From Candidatus Omnitrophota bacterium (GTDB taxonomy: Bacteria > Omnitrophota > Omnitrophia > Omnitrophales > Aquincolibacteriaceae), in the NCBI GenBank assembly GCA_903856085.1, contig CAIOAT010000013.1, positions 295,430-359,429 on the forward strand: DNA of 64,000 bases, written 5' to 3'. This document shows positions 38,739 through 50,700 of this stretch, piece by piece. A program made the translations under genes and the position numbers. Within the stretch, counting starts at the first letter, position 1. Each line of letters begins with the position of its first letter. Under the pieces are notes generated by a model. It had not been told where the DNA came from. It did no database searches and saw only the letters and a program-made list of their open reading frames with translations.

Positions 38739-41700
38739 TTACGCGCTCTTCGCGGTCGCGAAATACTCGGCCTGCATCTGCTCGACAAACTTGCTCACGC
38801 CGAGGCCGGCGAGATTGAGGAAATTCCGGAACATCTTCTGATCGATCGTCACGATGTTTTCTTTCAGCTCTTCTGCCAGAAGTGCCGTCTGGGGATTATG
38901 CGCTCCCGCGAAAACCATGGCCTTCAGATTCCAGGAATCACGGATAGGTGCGGCTTCACGATCGGTTGCCAGAAGTTCTCTCGCTTCATCCAGATTGGCG
39001 GCCGACAGAATGGTGGGCCGATTCGCTTGACGAAGTTGCTGATTGATCTTTTCAAGAAAAACGCGATCGGTGGAACCTTTTTCAGACAAGACAACGACAG
39101 GAATAGCTCCGAATACATTCCGGATCACATAAATAAGGCCTCGCTTGAAGGCTGTTTCGGGATCAAGAACAAGCGCATCGCTCGCCTGGATCGTCTTGAC
39201 GCCCAGCGCACGATAAAGCATCTTGATCTTAAGCTTACTGAAGAAATTCTTCGGCTCACGGGTCAACGTGACCGGTTCTCCAGCATAAGCAGCCGGGATC
39301 AAATTCGACAAGATAATATCTTTTGCCTTGTTCGTATAAGCCAAGAGCGAAACGATGCCATCCGCAAGTTTTTCTGTAACACCCCGGATACCTTGTTCGC
39401 GTCCGCCACCCCTCCGGAAGTTATCCTCAAAAAAATCACGAAGCCCGGCTACCGGCGACGAGGGTTTCGTCTCTTCAGCCGATCTCAATTCAGAGCGTTT
39501 GTTCAGTTCCATAATACCCGCTTGCGGCGCGTTCATGAAATGCAAGATCTCATCCCGGACTCCAGGACGGCTCTCCAGAAGGTCCTGCACGGGCCCATAG
39601 AACTGTTTAAATTCATGCCCGGCCATCCCCAAATGCCAAACGCTTGGCGACTGGACCGCAACGTGCGCATAGGGCAGCTTGACGTAAGCAATGGCGTGGA
39701 TCACCTCGGGATCGATCACGATCGTATCCCCCGCCTGGACCTTCATCACATATTCTTTCGAATGCTGTGTTTTGATATAAAAACCCATAGCTCCGTCGGC
39801 GACGTAATACAATTCGATGGCCTGCGCGCGTTTCCCTTCATGCTCCAGGGAAGAGCGGTGGGAGTGCACTCGCTCCCTGTCGCCATAGAGTTTCTCATCG
39901 TAGCGTGACAGATCCCTCCCGGGAAAAGATCTTTCCTGGGGTGCGTCTTCCCGGATGAGAGATGCCCCGTTCCAAAGAAACTGGTCTTTCCCGTCTGCTT
40001 TCCTGAAATGAGTATAGGCGGAATTGGCCCACTGGGTCGGCATACGGGAACTCGCGTACATAAAATTCTGTTTATCGGAAAGGGCGATAACAAGCACTCC
40101 CAGTTCCTGGAGCTTTTCGTTTGAAACTACCGCGGAGCGATCCGGCCCCGGGTGCGGCAAAGCCCTGAAATCCTCGCTTCCAAAATCCTTGAACCACGGC
40201 GGTGCCTTCCGCATATGGATCATGAACTCGGCCCCGCTCAAATCCAGAAGATCCAGAGTCACTCCCGGCGCTAGGTCTTTTATTACGATCACGCCCCGCT
40301 CGTTGAGCTCAATGACCTCCCGGTAGTTTCCGTGATTGACCTTGATCTTGACGGCTCCTCCCTGGACGTTATAAATCTGGATCTCGCCCGCAAAACCTCC
40401 GGCGACCTCTCCAGCCGCGAGGGCGCGTAGATATTTTTCTATCTGAGGGCCGACGTAAAAACTCAGATCCGAATCGCCTTCAACCTTCTGTCCCATCTGA
40501 CCCATATCGATCGGTTGAGTGAGTAGCTGTCCATTCTGGAAACGGTAAAAGTTCCCTGTCTGATGCGGCACCAGGGGCTGTAATGCACCCAACTTGGAAT
40601 ATTCAAAACCATCCGCCTTGACGAACCTCTTGATCCCCGCGATCTTGGCGTAGATCATTTCGTCCGAAGACGGCACCGGCAGGATCTCGAAGAAATGGAA
40701 CTGCCCCGGCCTCAGGATCACATTCAACGGCTTCATTTCGTCGGGCGTTCTTATGAAGGTAAGATCGTTTTCATGGGGCCATTCAAGCGCTCCCTTCCAA
40801 AAGCGGGTGCCCCGGTCACGAAGAATGTAGAAGTTGGAGGAAAAATCTGCACCAAAATATTTCTTGAGATCCAAGGAGATCGCGGCCACACCGTCTTCGG
40901 TCCGGCCTTCGTGGGTGATCCCCAAGAACCATTTGCCGTCGTAAGAAGTCATGGAGGCGGCCACCGTGGCATTTTTAGCATTCCAATTTCGCACCTGGAG
41001 CGGCGTCACGGTACCTTCAAAAAATGCGCGGTGCGAAACGAGCTGATTCCGGAATCCTTGAGCAGGATGCACATTGATCATCCCTTCGGGTCGCTCACCG
41101 CGAAGGAGCTCTTCGATGGAAACCCCACGCGCTTCGGACCGCTGGAGCGGAATAGTCGCTTTAGGGACCCTCCGGACAGCGGTGAATGCGATGTCCTGAT
41201 AGCTGTTGATCTCAAAACCAGAGATCGTAATGGGGATCTGCTGGACGGGAACTTTACCGACGGCTCTATAAAAATCCGCGAACTCCTCGGCCGTCATGCG
41301 TCCCTGAACGGGATAGACCAGCGTCACGTGAAAAGGCCGTGGCGGATTACCAAGACCAAGATGTTTTGCGATCGTCCCTTGGACTACGGCCAATGGATCT
41401 TCTTTCCCGTCAGCTTTCCAGATCATGACCACGCCAAGATCCCGGTGCCAGTAGGGCCCGATCAATTTTCCGTGAACTTCGGAAACGGAAGAACTTCGAA
41501 ACGCCTGCCGCAAAGCTTCGGTTGTCTTACGAAGAAAACCATTGTCGACTTCCGCCGCCGTCACCCCATGCTTCAAGCCCTGCAAAGTCAGGTGAAGCTC
41601 ATCCTGAGGAACCGTCAGAACACGAGGTCCGAGCGCGCCCTGGATCTCGGCTTGGATCTGCGTCATTTTTTGGACCGCTGCTTCCTGGTCCTTCCCAAAG

Positions 41701-44700
41701 AAAACACAAGCTGAGGCTCCGCGAGCGGTCACGATCTTGCCGCCCTTGAAGTTTTCCGCGATCCTCGGTAATTCCACCGCCGGCTGATCGCTTTGTAATA
41801 GCGAATCCATTTGCGCCTGAGCTTCAGTCCAAAACGCGTTCGAGGGACTTTCTTTCAATAAGCCAACAACCTTCTTGGCGTTAGCACTGATTTTCTTGGC
41901 CCCAAGGGTCGTTTGGATCTCTTGGGTGTCCCTCATCTCAGAACGCTGCTCAGAGACAGAAAACTCTCCATCCCTAACTCCGCCCGCTTGTTGCGCCCAT
42001 ATCCTCTCGGTGTGAAAAGCCGCATCCTGCAAAGTAACATCGGACGGCAATAAGAAGACAGTCGCTCCAAACGCTCCTGTGAATTGAGGGTATTTTTCGC
42101 GCGGATCGATTTCCGCAACAAGCTCATAGACGCCTTTCTCACCAGCCTGCTGTAAAGGCTTAATAATCCCTTCCCCCGGGATCTCCTGATCATGCCACGG
42201 CGGAACCGAGGTCCCTTTGCCTCTCGGTCCAAAGTGGACGAAGAAACGAGCCCTCTGAAGAGCTTCGTGCTTCATCCGAACCAACAACTTCAGCTGAAAA
42301 CGTCCGGACGCCTGCGGCTCGATCCTTACGCCTTTTTCAGGAAATTCAATGGCTCCTGCCAATTCCGCTTTCGCAGCCCCCGGAAGCACCACGGTTTTCT
42401 TTTCTTTTTGAGAAGGAATTCCGACCGCGAAATAATGAAAGCCGTTCGCTTCCAACTCATAAGGATCGTAGAAATGACGTCCGTCCACAACATTGAAATG
42501 CTCTGTAACGGATTTTCCAGAGGCCTCGGTCATCCCTCCCTCAAAAAACAGTGTTCGCCAATCCGCGTATTCGGGCCATTCGGTCACCAAAATTTGGGCG
42601 TCACTACCGCGAATCGCCTCACGCGCATTTTCAGCTGCATTTGTTTTATGATCGAAAAATTCGACCCCTTTAAGGTCCATCGCCCTTTTTGAAAAATGGT
42701 TTCGCACACTCGAAGCTGTGGCAGGATGCGCGTCCGTGACCCGCACCTTGGCGCCCTGTGCTAGCAACGCTTCTATTAATTTCAGGGAGGGCGCATTTTC
42801 AATGGAAGAATTCGGCCCGGGCTTATAAGCAAGGCCCAGAAGTGTGACCGTTTTCCCGCTCAAATTGCCTCCGACCGCTTCGCGCGTCTTATCGACATAG
42901 AGTTTAACCGCTCGCTCATTGCTCTCAGCGAACGCGGTAACAAAAGGCACTCTTGTGTCTGTCCCGTTACTCCCGCTAAACCCATAATGGCGCTTTAGGA
43001 TCTCGATCTGTTCTCGATATTCCCGGAGTTTGTCCATAAGACCTTCGCTGTGACTCTCTGCGAATTTAGTAAATTTTTCAAGAGCGGCAAAAAGATCGAA
43101 TCCACCAAACCCGATCCCGGGCTTCAGGTAGAGGTCTCCCACGACAGGATCCGCGCCAAGGCCTTTGAGGATGTCGCGAATATCGCCTCCCGACCTTTCG
43201 GCCAGCTCCGCGAGCGAGATCATAAAAGCGATCCTTCCGGCGAGAAAAAATTCGATCGCTTTTTTCACGAATTCGTCCATTCCACGGGTCAGAGAAGTAC
43301 CGGTTTCCCCGACGAAAGGACTCGGCAGCGTTTCATGGCTGATACCAAAATATTGAAAACCAAAACCCGCAACCTCCGCGGGATCCCAGGCGTTGCGCCC
43401 GTCAAAAACAAGCGGCCTCTTCTCCCTGTCGGGGAACATCGTTTGAACCTTTTTAAAATTGAGCTGTCTGAACGCATCCCATTCAGTGACAAGCACGATC
43501 GCACTGGCCCCTTCCATCATGCTGTAAAGATCTTCCGGATTTTGAAAATACTGCACGGGCGCCGCAGTGCCGGTGCCCGGGGCCGGATTCAGATCCGCAA
43601 GGGTTTTTTGTAAAGAGGGGATCGCCACAGGATCATAAACCCGCACCTGAGCGCCCCATTCCACCAATTGACGGATGATCAAGATAGAACGCGCTTCCCG
43701 GTCGTCGCTGGTATTGGGTTTAAAAGCCGCGCCCAGCACAACGACGGTTTTGTCTTTCACCCCGTCGAGCTTTTGCTTGATCCCGTTCGCGAACATTTGC
43801 CACTGTGCTTCATTGACCGCAAAGGTATCCATCATGAGCCCGAAAGGCATACCGGCTTTCGCCAGCTGTCTCATGAAAGAAAGGGAATCTTTCGGAAAAC
43901 ACGACCCGCCCCATCCGATCCCGGCTGAGAGAAACATCGGTCGGATCCTGGGGTCCGCTCCGAGTTTTTCAGCGACCTTTTTGACATTGAATCCGAAAAG
44001 CGCAGCATACCAGCTCAGGTGATTGATGAATGAGATCTTCCAGGCCCGGTAACCATTGGCCGCATATTTGACGAGCATGGCGCTTTTGATCCCCATCTTG
44101 AAGATCGGGATGGGTTTCCCCGGGTATTGAGGATTGATATTTTTCGGATCGTAAAGCGCTGCCACCCGGTCGGCAATCGCCGGCTTCTCAGCGCCAACAG
44201 CCATGCGCCCGGAACCTCCGAGGGCATCCTCCACCTCCAACCCCTCGCGCAGGAATTCCGGGATCCAGGCAAATTCGATCTCGGCGCCTTGCGGAAGACC
44301 GACCTGGTGTATCCTGGCTTTCAGCCTGTCAATGGTCTCTGGCGGAGCCGTGCTCTTTCCGATAATGATCTTCTTCTCGCCGGGTTTCATCAGTCGGGCG
44401 ATATCAGCAACCGCATCTTCGAGGAAATGGGTGTCACTTTCCCCATTGGAAAGATAGGGCGTCGGCAGGGCCAGGTAGATGATCTCGCGGCCCTCGATCG
44501 CTCCAGCAAGATTCGTCGTGAATCGGAGACGTTTCGCCGCCAAGCCTGCTTGGAGGAATTCCTCAAGACCCGGCGCGTAATTGACCAGCTTTCCACCATT
44601 TAAGGATGCCACGCTCGCGGGCTTAATATCCACAGCGGTCACATCATGACCGAATCGGGCAGAAAGCATAGAAGCTTCCGTCGCACCCACAAACCCTGCG

Positions 44701-47700
44701 CCACCGATCACCGCGATCTTCTGAGCCTCGTGCTGTGGCCACGCCGCATTTAATGTTCCGGCGTCTGAGGTTCCTGTCCTCGCTTCAGATCGCATCCCCT
44801 GCGTCGCCCCCTCAGAAGAATTGACGCCCACCGGGACCATTTGAAGGACCTGAAAACGCCACCCCAGCTGAGCGATCCCCGCGGGATCTTTCCTCTTCAC
44901 CACTGAAATGCCGACTCTCCATCCTTCTTTTTGAATAGAAGATAATGTGTGTTTCTTTTCGTAATCGATTTGGAGCATATGATCCCGGGTCTGATACACC
45001 AGGCTGGACTCCAACCCGAGCAACGAAATGCTCCCGACCCCGAACCACACTTTTCCTTCCTCTTTATTATAAGGAACCTTCGAGAAATGGATGGGAACCA
45101 CAACATGACGCTTGTGCTCGAATCCGTCCTTTTCTTCCTTCAATACTCGCGCAAGAACCACGGCCGTATCCCGGCTCGAATCGAGAAAAAAGACCTCTCC
45201 TCTTTCGAAAAGATCTTTCGTCTCAGGACTCTGCATCATGTTTTTTAATGCCCCGTAAACTTCCGCATCCCACTCTTTCATGTCCTCAAGAAGTTCGGGC
45301 ACAAGCGTCGCGATAAAGGCCATCACGGGACGAACGCCCTCCACCCCGAAAATAGCGTGGGCTTTGTCCCTGCCGATACCGGAAACCGTCTGAAGAAGCA
45401 TTTTCAGGTCTTCGGGCTTAGTCCCCTGGATCATTCGCTTTAGCCAATAAGTCCTAGGCTTTTGCTGCCGCAACTGCTCTCCAGAATTTCCGGAAACAAG
45501 AGAGCGCAGATCGTCCAGGATCAGAGATCCTCGCTGTTCTCTTTTCTTTTCCGGCTTCATGACCCCCGCGGCCTGCAATTCAAGGATTTGAAAATCGGGA
45601 ACTCCGATCGGTAAAGCCCCCTCCATTAACACCGAAAGAGGATAAGGCTTCCTCTCCTCGCCCGCCCCGTAAACTTCCCCCGTGATCGTATTTACAATGT
45701 GATAAGTCATGGCAGCTTCTGGATCGAGCATGTCCGTGAGCCATTGAAACGCTTTGTTTCCGTAAAACTGTCCCCAGGCCTTCGATTCTCCTCCGTCGAT
45801 GGCAGGATATTTTTGCTCTCCCAGATTAAGTCCTATGATGTATTTCTTATCGCCGACCTGAACGCCAAACCCTACAAGCTTTTTGTTCAAGGAACCGAAC
45901 CTCTTTCCCTTGGATTCCAGCAGGAAATAGAGGTTCTGCCGGAAAAGCTCATCCCTAAAAAGCCTTTCGTATTCTTTGCTGCGCGACTGAATGTAACCCT
46001 GCAAGACGGTCTCGGAGAGTTGGACCACAAAACGATCAAAAAGCCGGAGCGCCGCCAGATGAATCCGGACTTTTTCTAAAAGATCGTTCGTTTTGTCAGC
46101 CTCCGCCTTGAGCCGCATCATTTCCTGATAAAAATCGGGAGCTTCCTTTTCGAATCCTTCGAAATAATAAAGGATCTTTGCGAAGATCTCGCCCCTCGCC
46201 GCGTGATACGCGATCGACTTGTAGCTCTCGACGCCATGCGTCCGTACTTGCCGGGCGCTTTCAACAAACGTCAGGACTCCGGGAGGAGCGATCTCCAGAG
46301 CATTCGAAGGCTCACTCCTCCAGACAAATCCTCCGTCATTCCCGGATTTTTTTGAAAGAAATCTCAAAGCGCTTTCGGCAGAAAGTCCCGGCTTTGCCAA
46401 CAGAGCTTTTTGTTTCTCGGATTTCTGAACGACCCTCTGCCAAAGCTTGATATGCGCCCTTGCCTGACTTTTTTCCATATCGACCAGAGGCGAGGACCGG
46501 AGCGCTTCCCACTGAAGATTCATTCTGTCGCCAGAGACCGCGTATGCCTTTTGAAGGGCGATAAGGTCCTCGATCATGGATTCCGCGAGTGGATAAGGGG
46601 CGTTGACGACCTTGATATTCCCGTTGTCGTCGAGAGTGCTTAAGATGAACTTGCCGTCGCCATCCTTGCTGTAAAACACCAGAAAACCATTCGTGATCTT
46701 CCACTTTTTTGATTTGAGATTCTCAACCACCTGTTCGTAAGTGATCTTATCTCTAAAAATATCCTTTTCGAGCCCAGTCTCATTATCCACGATGGTGAAA
46801 AGTTCCGGCTGCGCGCCTCCCCAGGCCCCCATCAAAATGGCCCCGTTCGGCAGACCTTTCATCATACTGGTCGCGGAAGCCTCAAGGATCATGTAGGTGA
46901 TCATGACGGTTCCGGAAACGCCCTGGAAAATAATGGGCGCGTCTTTAATATTGTAGTTCTCGATGGTCGCGAATTTATCTTCGAGTTTAAGTTCCCGGAT
47001 AAGACGCTGGATCTCCAAGAAGAGCCCGTGCGCCTCATCATCGAATTCCCGGCCGCCGATTATGGCGCGCGCCGCCGTCTTTTTATACTGTTCGAGTTTG
47101 GCAGGATCTGCCGCTAGCGACCGGAGAATCTCAAGCCATTTGTCCGGCCCCTTGTAAGAAACCTGTCTGCGCACATTCGAAACGATTGCTGTTAAAAGGA
47201 ATTGCTTCCTGAGCGCCTGGGCCTTGGGATCCTTAAAGATCTGTTGCCATTCACTCTCATCTTCCAACGCCTTTTGGATCCGGGCTTGAAGATCTGCCAC
47301 AACCTGAGGCCCATCCACTTCCGTGATACCGAATTCTTCCTGATACGACTTCATCGCCTGATCGAACCATTCGGGTTTGTTCTGGCTTGCCTTGAGCCAT
47401 AGCATCAGCCGCCCCGCAAGGTAGGACTTGATCATGTCCGTTCTTTCCTTGAATTCCCCCAGGAAAGCCTCATTCCCCGGATGGCCAATCTTGATGAAGA
47501 AATCCCGGTCATCCGATTCAGAAGACATCCCGAGTTTCGCTTTGTAAGTATTGATCAATTGACGCAAAAACGGCGCCTGCCATTGTTCGAGCAGTACCCC
47601 GTTGGTGCTCCGCAGCCCACCCTGGTTGAAGCTATCGATCACATCGACATACCCCGGCATCACGCCTCCGGACACCGCGGGCGTATGCTCGTACAACGCA

Positions 47701-50700
47701 ACACCGGTCACGAGATCGTAAGAAATTCCCACCGCATCCACGATGCTGATCGTTCCATTCCTGATAATGCGCGACCGCATCGCCTGGGGATACCCCAAGA
47801 GTTGAAATGAGGCTTCAGCCGGCCGGTAGATGGTCGGCGAATACACAGAATGATTCATGTGGTGATGAGGCGCATCCGGAAAAAGAGGCGTCGGGATACT
47901 GGCGAAGACCTCGTTATCCACAAAGAGAATTTTCTTTTTAGCGATGCCCTTTTCCTGGAGTTTTAGCGTAAGGAGTTCTTTGGTTTTCCCATAAACTGCC
48001 AGATGCAGATCACGCCAAAGATTGGGACCGCCATCACGAGTATCCGGATAAACTTCATCAAAGATTTGGACCTTTGTCCCATCATCGGCAATATAAAAAG
48101 CCTCGATATAAAAATTCGGCATCCCGCCGGAAAATGTGTTTGTCGGATAAACCTTAACTTTGATCTCGCGATCCACCGCTTCTCGGGCTTGCTGGAGCCG
48201 TTTCTTATACAGCGGGTCCCCTGCGCGTCCGATCCATTCCTCAGCTTTGGCGCGGTATTCATTGCCAGCATCGAGAAAAATACTAAAACTCAATCCAGGA
48301 TCTTCGGTCAAAACCTCGCGAAGATAATCCCCCAGCGTCTTCTTACCGCTCGTCACTTCCTCCGGAAGATCTTTGGCGAATTCCTGTCCCTTGATCCGGT
48401 CATAGATCACATTCACGGCAAAAGCGTCGATGTTCGCTTTCTTGGGCTGGCCAAAATTCTTTTGCCACGAAGGAAAAAGATCATGCATCAGAGCTCCTAA
48501 TCCCCCCGTCACGGTTGTTGCTGCGACCAAGCCCGCAATCGTTTTGCCATATTTTTCTTCAAGCTTCTTTAGGATTTCACGATCCAACCCCGCCTCGAGT
48601 TGCCCAGTAACAACGGTATAATCCTCTAGCTCGGGAGCATTTTTCTCGGCCCAGGAACGCAATTCGGCGCGCTTGGAATTTGCTTTTTGAGCCACGCGAA
48701 CCATGGCTTGCGCGATTTCAAGACCATTTCCCACAGCCCCGCCTTCGATCACAGGCAAAACATTCTCGGACACATATCCGGCAGATCCGAGAGCATAAAG
48801 AAGCAATTGACCGCTCTCCTCCGCAGCCTGAACTCCCCTCGAGATACTGCGCGGCATGTTGCTTATAAATGCCGCAAGTTCTGAAATCGTCGGAAGATAA
48901 TGAGGCATGAAAACCGCTGCGATCGCAGCAGGATCCGCCGCCCGAGCTTCGGAACGAAGGGCAGCAAGAGGAATGCCATTTAAATGGAACGCGTTAAAGC
49001 GGGCTGTTTCATATAATTTTTTAAACTCCGGAACCAACTCGTCCCAGTCGCGGACAGAATTCATCCCGCGTGCTCGCATATCATAAAAGGCTTGGGGATC
49101 GTTCATGTAGACCGCAACAGCTCGCTCAGTAGCCTCATCAAAAAGCTTCATGACTGCTTCAAAGGACGGGGTTTTCTCAAGATCTTTGATCTTGTTCAAT
49201 CCTGGAAAATAGAACTTGAAGCCTGTGGCCATCGCCGCGTCTTCCTTGGGGTCCAGGACCGTATTATCAAGCCCGCCCACCGCATGCACGATCGGGATTC
49301 CGCCATACCGGAGGGCCTGCATTTGGCCAAGTCCGCAGGGTTCAAATTTTGAGGGCATAAGAAAAAAATCTTCCGCGGCATGTGCCTTCCGAACGAGCGT
49401 TTCACTGAAGGCGGGCGTGAAATAGGCGCGCCCCGGGAATTGCGCCATTAAGGCCCTGAAACCCTCCGCGTAGTGATTTTCCTCCCCGATCACGGCGATT
49501 TGAGCATTCGGATGCCGATTCAAGAGCCGGCGTGCTTCTTCAAGGATCAGCTCCGGACCCTTTTGATCCGCAAGTCGCGTAGCCGCCACAAAAAGCATGG
49601 CGTTCGGGTTTTGCTGGAGGCCGACTTCTTTTTGAAACTCTAATTTATTCGCACGCTTGCCTTCGGCTACGTTTTCAGACGTGTATTTTTGATAGATTTT
49701 GTTATCCTTCGATGGATTCCAAACACCGCTATCCACTCCGTTCAAGATCCCCGTGAAATCATCTTTCCGTTCGAGAAAAACGCCTTGCAGACCCGTGTCG
49801 GGATCCGCAAGAAGTTCTTCGCGATATTTCGGGCTCACCGTCATGAATTTTTCCGAAAAAACAAGCCCGGCCTTCATCAGATTGAGCCCGCCATGGAATT
49901 CGAGATACTTCCACCCAAACGCCCATTCGGGCATCCCCATGGACATAAGAAGCTGTTTGCCGTAATTAAAAAGATCCGGACCATAACGCTGTTGATACGC
50001 CGCATCAGCATTATGGATCGTCATCGTGATCCCGGAGGTCTGGAATTCACTGGGGAAAGCGGCTCGGATAAAAGCCGCGACAAGTCCCGGATGCGCGTCG
50101 TGTAGATGAATGATGTCGGGTTTCTTGACAGCGAATTTTTTACGAAGGATCTCCACGGCGGCACGAGAAAAAACCGCGTATTCCCGGAGCCCGTCGAGAC
50201 TTCCGGAACTCCAGTAGCCTTTTTGAAAATAACCGTCTTTCTTGATGAAATAATACCGGACACTGTGCGCAACTGCGGTATAAACCTCAAAAGTTTCCTC
50301 GCGCCCTTCGATGGGGATCTTCACAGTAAACCCAGCATTTTCAACTTTGAAAGTTTTCTGGGTAAAAACCGAGGGGTGGCCCGGCATGATCACAAATTGA
50401 TGAGCCCCTAAATGTTTTAAAAGCGCCGGCGGTTTTTCCCGAACGACATCTTTCACTCCCCCTTTGCCAAAAAAATCCGCCGATTCCATCGCGATATGAA
50501 CCACATCGTGGACCGGCATAGTCATGGCTTCATCGTTTCGCACCTCACTCCGGACTTTTCGGCTCGTAGGGGGCGCAGAACGAAACGCCGCAGGCAATAT
50601 GTTTATATGAAGCTGCTGCCCTAAAAATAACGGGTTAAAGTTTCCGGCAAGTTCCGCCGCCACACTCAGCGCAGCCTTTTGAAAACTTTGGGGAGACACA

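Noticed and set aside
38718-39908. 396-aa plus-strand ORF and other long plus-strand ORFs (40695-41714, 42192-42692, 43050-43613, 51726-52421, 52935-53588, 55455-56081)
   Set aside because: All lie antisense to the giant minus-strand gene, lack RBS and motif support, and have Arg/Pro-rich translations typical of reverse-frame artefacts of a moderately GC-rich gene.
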